A DNA stretch of 64,000 bases from an uncultured Acidobacteriota bacterium (GTDB taxonomy: Bacteria; Acidobacteriota; Terriglobia; Acidiferrales; UBA7541): contig CAVTPW010000007.1 of NCBI GenBank assembly GCA_963736725.1, positions 83,387 through 147,386 of the forward strand, written 5' to 3'. The notes beneath the pieces were generated by a model that was not told the origin of the DNA, did not search any database, and was given only the letters and a program-made list of their open reading frames with translations. The position numbers and the translations under genes were made by a program. Shown here in pieces: positions 31,380 through 41,599 of the stretch (positions within the stretch are counted from its first letter, which is position 1; each line of letters starts with the position of its first letter).

Positions 31380-32074
31380 TAGGTCCTCGCCGTCGTTCGG
31401 CGCTCGATCCGCTTTGCGTATTCTTCGCCTTGGAATATTGCGTTTACGTAAATGCCGGGCGTGTGGATGTTGTCGGGATCGAGTTCACCGAGTTCAACGA
31501 GCTCCTCGACTTCGGCGATGACGTAGTCGGCGGCGGTGGCCATCATGGGATTGAAGTTGCGTGCGGTCTTGCGATAGATGAGATTGCCCCAGCGATCGCC
31601 TTTCCAGGCTTTAACGAAGGCGAAGTTGCCGCGGATGCCGCGCTCGAGCACGTACTGGCGGCCGTCAAACTCGCGGGTTTCTTTTCCTTCGGCGACCATG
31701 GTGCCGTAGCCGGTGGGAGTGTAGAACGCAGGGATGCCAGCCCCGCCGGCGCGGATGCGTTCGGCGAGTGTGCCCTGCGGATTCAACTCCAACTGCAATT
31801 CTCCGGTGACGACCAACTGCTCAAACAACTTGTTTTCACCGACGTAGGTCGACACCATCTTCTTGACCTGGCGTTGCTGGAGCAGGAGGCCAATCCCAAA
31901 GTCATCGACGCCGGCGTTGTTGCTGACGATGGTGAGGTCCTTGGTGCCTTTGCGGCGGACGGCGGCGATCAGATTTTCCGGGATGCCGCAGAGGCCGAAA
32001 CCGCCCATGAGGATGGTCGCGCCGTCGCGGAGGCCGTCGATGGCGGCGTCGGCTGACGAGATACGTTTGTCCAC
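31379..32074 (-). CDS. scoA: 3-oxoacid CoA-transferase subunit A
   Basis: [48 protein letters not shown] start. Confidence 0.93.
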   Translation of the reverse strand: MDKRISSADAAIDGLRDGATILMGGFGLCGIPENLIAAVRRKGTKDLTIVSNNAGVDDFGIGLLLQQRQVKKMVSTYVGENKLFEQLVVTGELQLELNPQGTLAERIRAGGAGIPAFYTPTGYGTMVAEGKETREFDGRQYVLERGIRGNFAFVKAWKGDRWGNLIYRKTARNFNPMMATAADYVIAEVEELVELGELDPDNIHTPGIYVNAIFQGEEYAKRIERRTTART

Positions 32075-32135
32075 GAAGCACTCCGAGAATGCTTGGAGAA
32101 GTCTACTTCAAGCAGCAGCGCTGCGGACAGTGGGC

Positions 32136-32163
32136 GAGGAACGGCCAAAGGCCTGGAATGACG
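32136..32163 (-). repeat. Degenerate CGTC-tagged palindromic repeat
   Basis: Plus strand GGCC-AAA-GGCC-TGGAATGACG; minus strand begins CGTCATTCC. Confidence 0.4.
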
Positions 32164-32197
32164 AAGACCGTCCGGCGTGAGCGCCAGGCATCACTCA

Positions 32198-32716
32198 TCA
32201 CTGCACCACCAGCGTCAGCGTGACGCCGTGGGTTACACCTGGAGATGTGGCGACGACGTTTACCGCGTAGGTGCCCGCTGGAGTGTTGAGCAACGTTGGG
32301 GTTGAAGGTGGCGGCGTGGGAGCCGAGCCGGAACCTCCTCCGCCGCAACCGGCGATGGAGGTCGAGATGACGGCGAGGGAGAGGACCAGCAGGAACACTG
32401 AGGCTTTGGTTCGCAGGCCGGCGAGAGCGCGGCGCAGAGGCCAAAATGGAAGGAAGGCGAGCAAACCGAACCAGGAGAGACCAGCGCAAACGGCGTGCGC
32501 GTTCAGCAAGAACTCCTCGTTCCCGGGCACCTCACGGCGCACGGTGGTTTGTGCCTGCGAGGTGGCTATCGCGACTGTTACGTTGGTGGCCGCGGTCGAG
32601 AGATTTGCGCTTGGCGGGGTGATGGCGCAGCTCGCGTATTGTGGCAGGTTCGTGCACGCAAATGTGACTGGCCCTGTGAATCCCCTGGCGGGGGTGACGG
32701 TGAGCGTGTAAGTACC
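32198..32716 (-). pseudogene. 5'-truncated C-terminal remnant of a large surface protein (split Ig-like domain, TM hairpin, internal lipobox)
   Basis: Frame is open 32767 to 32198 with no upstream ATG. It reads GTYTLTVTPARGFTGPVTFACTNLPQYASCAITPPS...GLSWFGLLAFLPFWPLRR...LLVLSLAVISTSIAGCGGGGS...TPAGTYAVNVVATSPGVTHGVTLTLVVQ. Resemblance ends abruptly at ~32717. Confidence 0.75.
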
Positions 32717-32775
32717 GTCGGGACATAGGGATCGGTCGGAAAGGGGGGCCGTACGACAACTAATCCCTTAACACC

Positions 32776-32976
32776 TCAATGCCTGGGCTTATAAAACATC
32801 AAGAATGTAAGGCCGCCAATCAAGATCCCACCCAGGAGGAAAATAACGCGCGTGCTTCGACGCATTGGCGAGCCAACATCTCGATCACGATCGTGACGAC
32901 CTATCGACGCAGGCACGGTGCCGCGGCCGGCGTAGTACAGCAACCATACCGTGACGAACAGGAAGAAAAATTTCAC
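32776..32976 (-). CDS. Possible small two-TM protein (66 aa) in a lower-GC islet
   Basis: GTG start; two hydrophobic segments (KFFFLFVTVWLLYY and VIFLLGGILIGGLTFLMF). Confidence 0.35.
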   Translation of the reverse strand: MKFFFLFVTVWLLYYAGRGTVPASIGRHDRDRDVGSPMRRSTRVIFLLGGILIGGLTFLMFYKPRH

Positions 32977-33186
32977 ATCGATATTCTATCTCCCCACAAC
33001 CAGTTGGATTGTAGATTTCTAAGTAAACAGGAGAAGTGAAATCTCGACTTAGGCGACCAGACGGTTCCGAGCGGGATTTCGAGGTACGACAATCCGCGAA
33101 AGGTTTGTTCAGGCTAATCAACAGACCGAATCGAAATAACCTAACGAATTCCGACTTGGCGGGGTACGCTATCCTCAGCTCTTGCC

Positions 33187-34044
33187 ATGAATTATGTACA
33201 AATCAGGCCGCACGCTGCCGCCGCTCGATTCGTGCAGTGCTATTGGATGTTGGAAGATGCCGCCGATAGCGGCGGTATGCAGCGCATTGTGCCGGATGGC
33301 CGGCCCGCACTGATTTTGAATTGGGGGCGGCCATTTGAGAGTTATGCAGATGGAGTTTGGACGCGACAGCCTGGATGCTTCTTCGTCGGGCAGATTACCG
33401 GTCCGCTCGTGCTGCGGCCTTCCGGGCCCACCGCCATGTTGGGGATTTCGTTTCATCCGTATGGAGCGGCTCAACTCTTGCGTGTGCCGATGTGCGAATT
33501 GACGGACTCGGTCGTGGACCTGGCGGATTTGGCTTTCTTAGGGGCTCGACGTTTGCAGTTGGCGCTGGAGACCTTCCGGCAAAGGTATTCGCTGCGAGCG
33601 GGATTGGCCGCGTTGGACGGCGTTTTACAGGCGTTCGCACAGCGGAGTTTGGTCGGCGATGATCCGGTCGCGCACGCGGTGCTCGAAATGGAGCGTTCCG
33701 GTGGACTGGTTCGTATTCGCGGCTTGGCCGACCGCGTGAGTTGGAGTTCGCGACAATTGCAGCGGCGGTTTCGAGATGCGGTCGGGATCTCGCCGAAATT
33801 GTTTTGCCGGATGCTGAGGTTTCAGCGCGTTTTCGCGGCGATGGATCGCCCGGATTCAAATTGGGTGAGTGCCGCTGTGGATTGCGGATATTACGACCAA
33901 GCGCATCTGGTCCGTGACTATCGCGAATTTTCCGGGAAGACGCCGACTTCCCTGCCGGCGCAGGAGATGGATTTGTCGCGGCGCTTTGTGCACGCGGACG
34001 CCATGTCGCATTTTTCCAAGACTCCCGGGAGCCTTTCCCACTAG
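33187..34044 (+). CDS. AraC/XylS-family transcriptional regulator
   Basis: N-terminal RIVPDGRPALILN; C-terminal SSRQLQRRFRDAVGISPK...AAVDCGYYDQAHLVRDYREFSGKTP double HTH. Confidence 0.92.
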   Translation: MNYVQIRPHAAAARFVQCYWMLEDAADSGGMQRIVPDGRPALILNWGRPFESYADGVWTRQPGCFFVGQITGPLVLRPSGPTAMLGISFHPYGAAQLLRVPMCELTDSVVDLADLAFLGARRLQLALETFRQRYSLRAGLAALDGVLQAFAQRSLVGDDPVAHAVLEMERSGGLVRIRGLADRVSWSSRQLQRRFRDAVGISPKLFCRMLRFQRVFAAMDRPDSNWVSAAVDCGYYDQAHLVRDYREFSGKTPTSLPAQEMDLSRRFVHADAMSHFSKTPGSLSH

Positions 34045-34094
34045 AGTGCCTTAACGCGAGCCGTGGCGGCGACTCGCGCATTCCTGGAGGAAAT

Positions 34095-34607
34095 ATGAAG
34101 GCAGCAATTGTGGTGATGGCGATGTTCGCGTGCGGCGCTTTTCTGCTGGCTCGACCGAAGAGTTCTACGGGCGCTTCGGAAGCCGTTGCGTCGCGCGGAG
34201 CAGTGTCGTCTCGAGAGGCGGACGCGGGCGCAATGAAGCAGCAGATCGTCGCGAATGAACGTGAGGGATTGGAAGCGCTCAAGAGCGGCAAGCTGGAGCT
34301 GTTTGGCGATCTAACCGCAGAGGACGCGGTGTTTGTGGACGCGGCGGGTCCGGCGACCAAGGCTCAGGTGATGAGCAACGTTGCGGGATTTCAACTCACG
34401 GAATACACCATGGATGATGTGCGCTTCGTGGCGATTTCGGAGAAAGCTGGGTTGATCAGCTACACGATCACGGAAAAGGGGGTTTCGCACGGACACGAGT
34501 TTGCGGCCCACGTTTATGTTTCGTCGGTGTGGGCGGAGCGCGGTGGAAAGTGGGTTTGTTTGTTCAGTCAGGAGACGGCGGCGCGGCCTGCTCGAGCCGG
34601 GAGTTGA
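34095..34607 (+). CDS. Exported NTF2-like (DUF4440-type) protein
   Basis: GGAGG RBS, signal peptide, LTAEDAVFVDAAG, and YVSSVWAERGGKWVCLFSQET. Confidence 0.8.
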   Translation: MKAAIVVMAMFACGAFLLARPKSSTGASEAVASRGAVSSREADAGAMKQQIVANEREGLEALKSGKLELFGDLTAEDAVFVDAAGPATKAQVMSNVAGFQLTEYTMDDVRFVAISEKAGLISYTITEKGVSHGHEFAAHVYVSSVWAERGGKWVCLFSQETAARPARAGS

Positions 34608-34615
34608 AGGGGCGT

Positions 34616-34887
34616 TTATCCATTCAACCAAAGGTGTCCGGCAACCAACAACACGACTCCGATCATTACCCAATAGTGCCAACCGCGTATAGTTCGGCGT
34701 TCCGGCAAGGCCTTGTCTCGCAACGCCAACCCCAGCACGATCTAAAGCAACAACAACAACAACGCCGCCGTCGCCGTCCATAGTCCCACCGTATTCGCTC
34801 GTCGTATGTGCCCAGATTGCATCGGCACCCAGGCGTGCAAGAACGACAAACCCGCCACCATATACCCCAGCCAATATGAGGTCGCAG
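34616..34887 (-). pseudogene. Decayed cytochrome b / ferric-reductase-like TM protein remnant
   Basis: Manual translation: LRPH/(1-nt deletion)YWLGYMVAGLSFLHAW...GLWTATAALLLLLL*(TAG 34742-34744)IVLGLALRD...RGWHYWVMIGVVLLVAGHLWLNG*. Two H-x13-H helices; 5' end missing. Confidence 0.65.
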
Positions 34888-34893
34888 GCAAAG

Positions 34894-35766
34894 TCAAAGG
34901 CTGCGGAGGAGTTTGTAGAGTTCGTTGGCGGAGTCGAAGTCGGCTTCCAGTTCGCGAGAGGCTAGTCGCTCGCGGATGTCGTCCAGGCGTTGGGCCAGCA
35001 GATCGAGGGCGGCGGAGAGGACTTCGTGGTTGGTCAGGACGATGTCGCGCCAGGTGGAGTAGGGGCTGCCCGCCAGTCGTAGGGAGTCGCGCAGGCCGGG
35101 GCCGGCTACCGTGATCGGCAGGCCGTTTTCATCAAGGCGATCGTAGAGGAACGAGCCTAGAGCTACGGCTACCAACTGTGGCAGGTGCGAGGCCAGGCCC
35201 ACGGCGTAGTCGTGCTGCTGGGCGCCCAGCCAAAGGGGGCGGGCGCCGATTTTCTCTACTAGCTTCAAGAAGGCAGCAACGCGCGGTTCGCGAGGGGCGG
35301 TGGATTCGCCAATGACGGCGTAGACGGCGTCGCGGAACAGGTCGGCGTCGGCGTGCACAAAGCCGGACAGTTCGCGGCCGGCCATGGGATGGCCGGGAAG
35401 GAACAGCGGGGCGGGTGGCTGGCTGAAGAGTTTCTCGGCGGCTTGGGAGATGCGGAGCTTCGTGCTGCAGGCATCGGTGATGAGCGCGCGACGGGGAGCG
35501 GAGCGGGCCAGCTCGGGAAGCAGATCCATGGTCACGCCGATGGGTAGAGCGATGTAGATCAGATCGGCGGTGCGGAGGGCAGGGGCGAGGTCGCCGCTGA
35601 ACGTTTCGTCAAAGGCGCCGCTGGAGTGGACAGCGCGGGCAACGGCGGGGCGGTCCCAACCGGTGATGTGGAGGCCGGTGGCGTGTTTGCGAAGGGCGAG
35701 AGCGAAGGAGCCGCCGATCAGGCCGGTGCCCAGGATGGTGACGCGGTTGATGAGGTGAGCAGTCAT
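34894..35766 (-). CDS. tyrA: Prephenate/arogenate dehydrogenase
   Basis: GTGLIGGS Rossmann motif, DACSTK, GHPMAGRE, HDYAVGLASHLPQ, GLRDSLRLAGS. Confidence 0.92.
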   Translation of the reverse strand: MTAHLINRVTILGTGLIGGSFALALRKHATGLHITGWDRPAVARAVHSSGAFDETFSGDLAPALRTADLIYIALPIGVTMDLLPELARSAPRRALITDACSTKLRISQAAEKLFSQPPAPLFLPGHPMAGRELSGFVHADADLFRDAVYAVIGESTAPREPRVAAFLKLVEKIGARPLWLGAQQHDYAVGLASHLPQLVAVALGSFLYDRLDENGLPITVAGPGLRDSLRLAGSPYSTWRDIVLTNHEVLSAALDLLAQRLDDIRERLASRELEADFDSANELYKLLRSL

Positions 35767-36045
35767 TGGGGAAGATCGGACCTTCGCGCCTCAGGGCAAG
35801 CAATCGAGAGTTTCGAGTCAAAAGCGCGGGAAAACCGCAGGAAGGAGATAACGCTGGAACGCACAGATGGCGTTGAGGGGCGCGCGGGAGGATTGGTCTG
35901 GGCGTTCGGGATACACCCTTCGAGGCTCGTGGTAAAGCGGTGCTGTGCCCCTTCCAAGGTGGTTGATGAGGTCAGTGCATTCGGGCGGGAGGTTTGCCGG
36001 GCTGAAGCGCGGCACCTAGATAGGTTGGTGGTAGTGGTCATAGGG

Positions 36046-37065
36046 TTAGGCAATGCGGCGGCCGATGGCAGGGGCGATTATGCGAAGTTCGTGCATTAGT
36101 TGAGCGAATTGGCTGGGGTCTAAGGATTGGGCACCGTCGGAGAGGGCGTGGTCTGGGTCGTTGTGGACTTCGATAAGGAGGCCGTCGGCACCCGCGGCTA
36201 CAGCGGCGCGGGCCATGGGGGGAACTTTGTCGCGGCGGCCGGTGCCGTGACTGGGGTCGCCGAACATGGGGAGATGCGAAAGTTTTTTGATTACGGGGAT
36301 GGCGGCGATGTCGAAGGTGTTGCGGGTGTAGGTCTCGAAGGTGCGGATGCCGCGTTCACAGAGGATTACGTCATAGTTGCCGCCGGCCAGAATGTACTCG
36401 GCGCTCAGGAGAAGTTCTTCCATGGTGGCGGACATGCCGCGCTTCAGCAGGACCGGCTTGCGGACTTCCCCCAGGGCGCGGAGGAGGTGGTAGTTCTGCA
36501 TGTTGCGGGCGCCGACCTGGAAAATGTCCACGTAGCCACCCATCATCTGGACTTGGGATGGGTCCATGACCTCGCTGACGGTGAAGAGCTGGAATTTCTC
36601 AGCGGCTTCCTTCATGAGCTTCAGGCCCTCTTCGCCCATGCCTTGGAAAGCGTAAGGCGAGGTGCGTGGTTTGAAGGCGCCTCCCCGCAGGATTTTTGCG
36701 CCAGCTTTGGCTACGCTTTCGGCCACCGAGAGGATTTGGTCGCGGGATTCGACCGAGCAGGGACCTGCGGCGATGACCACGTCGTTGCCGCCGATCGAGA
36801 CGCCTCTTCCTAGATGGATGACGGTGCCTTCGGGTTTGAATTCGCGGCTGGCCAGTTTGAAGGGTTGCGTGATGCGCATGACTTCGCGGACACCGTCGAG
36901 GAGTTCGAAGTCGCGGTGATCGAAGTCGCGGTGGACGCCTACCGCGCCCAGCACCGTGTGGGATTCGCCGGTGGAGCGGTGGACGTTGAAGCCGCTGGCG
37001 ATCAGGCGATCGATGACGTTTTGGATTTGGGCGTCTGATGCGCCTTCTTGCATTACGATGACCAT
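36046..37065 (-). CDS. aroF: DAHP synthase (type I-beta) with N-terminal ACT-like regulatory domain
   Basis: [52 protein letters not shown] 37065. Confidence 0.94.
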   Translation of the reverse strand: MVIVMQEGASDAQIQNVIDRLIASGFNVHRSTGESHTVLGAVGVHRDFDHRDFELLDGVREVMRITQPFKLASREFKPEGTVIHLGRGVSIGGNDVVIAAGPCSVESRDQILSVAESVAKAGAKILRGGAFKPRTSPYAFQGMGEEGLKLMKEAAEKFQLFTVSEVMDPSQVQMMGGYVDIFQVGARNMQNYHLLRALGEVRKPVLLKRGMSATMEELLLSAEYILAGGNYDVILCERGIRTFETYTRNTFDIAAIPVIKKLSHLPMFGDPSHGTGRRDKVPPMARAAVAAGADGLLIEVHNDPDHALSDGAQSLDPSQFAQLMHELRIIAPAIGRRIA

Positions 37066-37210
37066 GGCGTTCGGTGGTTCCCTTCGTTTCCGGTTCGCGG
37101 AAGAAAAAGCAAAGATTACTGAAATCAAAGTTCGTGGTGCTTGGCGCTTCCGATTCCTGCGCTCCTACAAATTTCTCTTCGAAGCGCTTGGCACCATTTG
37201 CATCTAAACC

Positions 37211-37269
37211 CCCGCCCTCTTGAAGAAGGCGGCTACCGCGTTTTCGCCGGGCAAAAGCCCGGCGCCTAC
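37211..37269 (-). repeat. Pair of GTAG-tagged REP-like palindromes
   Basis: Minus strand: GTAGGCGCCGGGC-TTTT-GCCCGGCG (37269-37245; its GTAG contains the chorismate mutase TAG stop) and GTAGCCGCC-TTCTTCAAGAG-GGCGGG (37236-37211). Confidence 0.7.
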
Positions 37270-37577
37270 CTATCCTTGGGCGAGGGATTTCGCCTTGGTG
37301 AATCCTCGCCGGAATGCATGGCTTCGCGCTCGGCGCTGCGGGCTTCGTCGATGATGCGTTCGAAGAGGCGGCGGATGGCGGCGTCGGAAAGCGGGCCGGG
37401 ATTGGCGCGCTCGGCATTTTCCAGGACTTCGCGCTCGCGATCGGGTTGATAGAGCGGGAGGTTTTGCACTTGCTTGAGCTTGCCGATTTCAAGGGCGCAG
37501 TGAGAGCGCTCGTTGAGGAGTTCGACGAGTTTGCGGTCGATTTCATCGATGCGGCGGCGCCAGTCACTCAGGGTCAT
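37266..37577 (-). CDS. Monofunctional AroQ-type chorismate mutase
   Basis: LSDWRRRIDEIDRKLVELLNER...IGKLK...YQPDRE...LFERII. Confidence 0.9.
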   Translation of the reverse strand: MTLSDWRRRIDEIDRKLVELLNERSHCALEIGKLKQVQNLPLYQPDREREVLENAERANPGPLSDAAIRRLFERIIDEARSAEREAMHSGEDSPRRNPSPKDR

Positions 37578-37624
37578 CGGGTACCTCGCGTGGCGAGAGT
37601 AGCCGGGGTTGAACTGTGGGTCGC

Positions 37625-37660
37625 GCTAAAGCCCGCCCCTACATGGCCCGCCCCTATATG
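37625..37660 (-). repeat. GTAG REP half-site plus 15-bp tandem duplication
   Basis: GCCCGCCCCTACATG followed by GCCCGCCCCTATATG (37631-37660); minus strand contains GTAGGGGCGGGCTTTAGC. Confidence 0.6.
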
Positions 37661-37746
37661 GATGGAGCGGCGCGAAGAGCCGAAGCAGCAGCCGGCAGGG
37701 ATACCGGCTGTACCCGTGCGTGGGCGATTTTTGCGAGCAGGCAAAA

Positions 37747-38598
37747 TCATTGGGTCACCTCGCGGCGGGAGAGGCCGAGGCGGGCGGCTTGTTTTAACGG
37801 GCGGATGCGGGCGGCTAGGGCTGCGGCTGCGGCATCGACGGAGTTTGCGTTTTCGATTTCGGTGACCAGGGCGGAGCCGATTGCGGCAGCGTCGGCCAAG
37901 CCGCCTAGCACGGACACGTGGCCGGGTAGAGAGATGCCGAAACCCACCGCGATGGGGAGATTTGTTGTGGCGCGGGCGCGGCGGACTAGTGCCGGGAGTT
38001 CGGCGGGGAGAGTGTCTTTTGCTCCGGTGACGCCGGTGCGCGAGATTAAGTAGAGAAAGCCGGACGTCACTGCTGCGATTGTGGTAAGGCGCTCGTCGGT
38101 GGACGTGGGGGCGCCGAGAAAAACGGTGTCGAGATTGTGGGCGGACAGGATGCGGCGGTAGTCGGCGGACTCTTCGGGGGTGAGGTCAGTAACCAGCACG
38201 CCGTCGGCTCCGGCCGAGGATGCGGCGGCGGCGAATTTTTCGACGCCCATTTGGAAGATCGGATTGTAGTAGCCGAACAGGACTAGCGGAACCTGGCTGG
38301 CGGGGGACTTCGATTCGCGGATGCGGCGGACTAGATCGATGACGCCGGCCAGCGTTGTGCCTGCTTTCAGGGCGCGTTCGGAGGCGCGTTGGATTGTCGG
38401 GCCGTCGGCTAGCGGGTCGCTGAACGGGATTCCAAGTTCGATGATGTCGGCGCCCGCTTCGGCTAGCGCGAGGACGAATTTCAGAGTGGCATCGAGGGAC
38501 GGATCGCCCGCGGTGATGTAGGCGATGATGCCCAGTTCGCCGGAGGCACGGAGTTCGGCGAAGCGCTTGGAAATGCGGGTGGCGTCCACGAATGTCAT
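37747..38598 (-). CDS. trpA: Tryptophan synthase alpha subunit
   Basis: YITAGDP, ELGIPFSDPLADGPTIQ, YYNPI, SRTGVTG, VGFGIS. Confidence 0.95.
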   Translation of the reverse strand: MTFVDATRISKRFAELRASGELGIIAYITAGDPSLDATLKFVLALAEAGADIIELGIPFSDPLADGPTIQRASERALKAGTTLAGVIDLVRRIRESKSPASQVPLVLFGYYNPIFQMGVEKFAAAASSAGADGVLVTDLTPEESADYRRILSAHNLDTVFLGAPTSTDERLTTIAAVTSGFLYLISRTGVTGAKDTLPAELPALVRRARATTNLPIAVGFGISLPGHVSVLGGLADAAAIGSALVTEIENANSVDAAAAALAARIRPLKQAARLGLSRREVTQ

Positions 38599-38621
38599 TT
38601 CAGCACAAAAAATCGAAGAGC

Positions 38622-38696
38622 GATTCCTCCACCGCGCGCCCCGGCGCCCAGGAACCGGGCGCTCGAGAAAGCCGGGCTGTTTCGGTCGGAATGACG
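38622..38696 (-). repeat. CGTC-tagged palindromic intergenic element
   Basis: Plus strand GATTCCTCCACCG...CGGTCGGAATGACG with internal hairpin GCGCCC-AGGAACC-GGGCGC; minus strand begins CGTCATTCCG. Confidence 0.55.
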
Positions 38697-38757
38697 GTAA
38701 CTAACTTTTGCGAGTGCTGACAGCATACAGAAAATTCCTCGAAAAGAAGATAGCGCA

Positions 38758-39972
38758 TCAGCGGAGCAGGCGCGAGTAGGTGTCCATGTCCTTGTCGCCG
38801 CGACCCGAGAGGTTGACGATGACGAGATCGTCTTTGGTCATGCGCGGCGCGCGCTCGACCAGGCCGGCGATGGCGTGGGCGGATTCGAGGGCGGGGATGA
38901 TCCCTTCGGTGCGCGCGAGCAGTTTGGCGGCGGCCAGGGCGGCTTCGTCGGAGACCGCGGCGTATTCGGCGCGATGCTCATCGGCGAGCCAGGCGTGTTC
39001 GGGGCCGATGGCAGGATAGTCGAGACCGGCGGAGACCGAATGCGTAGCGGCGATCTGGCCGTCGGCGTTTTGCAGAACGTAGGTGTAGGTGCCTTGGAGG
39101 ACGCCGGGGCGGGCACCGGTGTAGCCTTGCATGGCTCCTAAGCGCGCGGCGTGTTCGCCGAGTTCGGTGCCGCGGCCGCCGGCTTCGATGCCGACCATTT
39201 TCACGGACGAGTCACGGAGGAAAGGGTGGAACAGGCCGATGGCGTTCGAACCGCCGCCTACGCAAGCATAAAGATGCGTCGGGAGGCAGCGTTCCGTGGC
39301 GAGAATTTGCTCGCGGGCTTCGCGCCCGATGACCGATTGAAAGTCGCGGACCATGGTCGGATAGGGATGCGCGCCGAGGACCGAGCCGAGAAGATAGTGG
39401 GTAGTGCGAACGTTGGTTACCCAATCGCGCATGGCTTCGTTGATGGCGTCTTTCAGCGTGCGGCTGCCGGCTTCGACACCGACCACCTGCGTGCCAAGCA
39501 TGCGCATACGTGAGACGTTGAGGGCCTGGCGGGCCATGTCTTCGGTGCCCATGTAGACGACGCATTCCAGACCGAGATGCGCGGCGATGGTGGCGGAGGC
39601 CACGCCATGCTGGCCTGCGCCGGTTTCGGCGATGACGCGAGGCTTGCCCATTTTTACGGCGAGCAGGCCTTGGCCGATGGCGTTGTTGATTTTGTGGGCG
39701 CCGGTGTGGAGCAGGTCTTCGCGCTTGAGATAGATACGCGGACCGCCGAGATGCTCGGTGAGGCGCGATGCGAATTGCAGCGGCGTGGGGCGGCCGGCGA
39801 AATTTTTGAGCAGGCTTTGGAATTGTGCCTGGAATACGGCGTCGGATTTCGCGAGTTCGTAGGCGCGCTCTAGTTCGAACAGGGGGACCATGAGCGTTTC
39901 CGGGACGTAGCGGCCGCCGTAGGGGCCGAAGCGTCCGGGGACCGCGGCGGGATTGACGATTTGTGAGCTCAT
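38758..39972 (-). CDS. trpB: Tryptophan synthase beta subunit
   Basis: [15 protein letters not shown] (PLP Lys), [35 protein letters not shown]. Confidence 0.96.
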   Translation of the reverse strand: MSSQIVNPAAVPGRFGPYGGRYVPETLMVPLFELERAYELAKSDAVFQAQFQSLLKNFAGRPTPLQFASRLTEHLGGPRIYLKREDLLHTGAHKINNAIGQGLLAVKMGKPRVIAETGAGQHGVASATIAAHLGLECVVYMGTEDMARQALNVSRMRMLGTQVVGVEAGSRTLKDAINEAMRDWVTNVRTTHYLLGSVLGAHPYPTMVRDFQSVIGREAREQILATERCLPTHLYACVGGGSNAIGLFHPFLRDSSVKMVGIEAGGRGTELGEHAARLGAMQGYTGARPGVLQGTYTYVLQNADGQIAATHSVSAGLDYPAIGPEHAWLADEHRAEYAAVSDEAALAAAKLLARTEGIIPALESAHAIAGLVERAPRMTKDDLVIVNLSGRGDKDMDTYSRLLR

Positions 39973-39975
39973 CGA

Positions 39976-40656
39976 TTAGGGCCTTTTTTCGCGTACGACC
40001 GACCGCTCTAAAGATCGGCTACTACCTAGTTCGCGATTGGCGCGCTCCACTTCTGCGAAAAATTTGCGGAGCTTGCCGGGATCTTTTTTGCCGGGGCGCG
40101 ATTCTACGCCGCTGGCTACGTCCACGGCGTACGGCTGAACGAAGCGAATCGCGTCGGCCACGTTTTCCGGCTTCAGGCCGCCTGCGAGAATAATACGGTG
40201 CGATTTTGCGGCGCGACGGGCGATGGCCCAATCGCTGCGTTTGCCGGTACCGCCATATTGGCCTGTTCCGGCGGCGTCGAACAAGTAAGCGAAGACTTGG
40301 GCGTAGGGGCGCAGCTTGCGGAGCTGGAAATGAGCGCCCACCTGCAATGCTTTCGTAACTGCGAAATGCCTGGCGCAGCCTTGTACCACGGCGGGAGGCT
40401 CGTCGCCGTGCAACTGGACAGCGTCGAGGCCGATGGCGCGGCCCAAAGCGATGATCGCTTCCGCGGACCAATTCACAAAGACTCCGACCGATTCGACGGC
40501 CTTCGGCAGTCGAGAAATAATCTTCCAGGCGTCCGCCGGCGAGATGGCGCGCGGACTTTTTTGGTAAAAGTTAAAGCCAAGTGCTGCGGCTCCGAAATCA
40601 CAAGCGGTTTTTGCGTCTCGCCAGTTGGTGATGCCACAGATTTTTACGCGGACCAT
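39976..40656 (-). CDS. trpF: Phosphoribosylanthranilate isomerase
   Basis: VKICGIT, QLHGDE, GGTGKRSDW, LAGGLKPENV, VDVASGVE. Confidence 0.95.
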   Translation of the reverse strand: MVRVKICGITNWRDAKTACDFGAAALGFNFYQKSPRAISPADAWKIISRLPKAVESVGVFVNWSAEAIIALGRAIGLDAVQLHGDEPPAVVQGCARHFAVTKALQVGAHFQLRKLRPYAQVFAYLFDAAGTGQYGGTGKRSDWAIARRAAKSHRIILAGGLKPENVADAIRFVQPYAVDVASGVESRPGKKDPGKLRKFFAEVERANRELGSSRSLERSVVREKRP

Positions 40657-40661
40657 GTCAC

Positions 40662-41474
<813 letters not shown>

Positions 41475-41488
41475 TCGCGTAAGTTTGT

Positions 41489-41517
41489 ATGCTAGGGGTC
41501 GCGGGTTTGCGTGTCAA
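41489..41517 (-). promoter_or_regulatory. sigma70-type promoter of the trpC operon
   Basis: Minus strand TTGACA-N17-TAGCAT, with the -10 ending 14 nt before the trpC ATG. Confidence 0.65.
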
Positions 41518-41526
41518 ATGAGCGGA

Positions 41527-41554
41527 AGTGAGCAGTGGGCAGTGAGTCGTGAGT
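41527..41554 (+). repeat. Four imperfect heptamer tandem repeats
   Basis: AGTGAGC AGTGGGC AGTGAGT CGTGAGT. Confidence 0.5.
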
Positions 41555-41599
41555 AATCGCAGCGGAGTGATTTGTTGTCTACGGGAGGCAGTTCGGGGA

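Noticed and set aside
34742-34744. Amber read-through or pyrrolysine at the TAG in the cytochrome-like remnant
   Set aside because: The same remnant also has a frameshift and lacks its 5' end; a CAG-to-TAG nonsense change is simpler.
35767-36045. 280-nt spacer between aroF and tyrA as a small gene or transposase relic
   Set aside because: All frames inspected lacked recognisable motifs, and no convincing hairpin or tagged repeat was found.
41475-41548. trp attenuator or leader peptide
   Set aside because: No Trp-codon leader ORF or terminator/antiterminator, and the promoter abuts the start codon.
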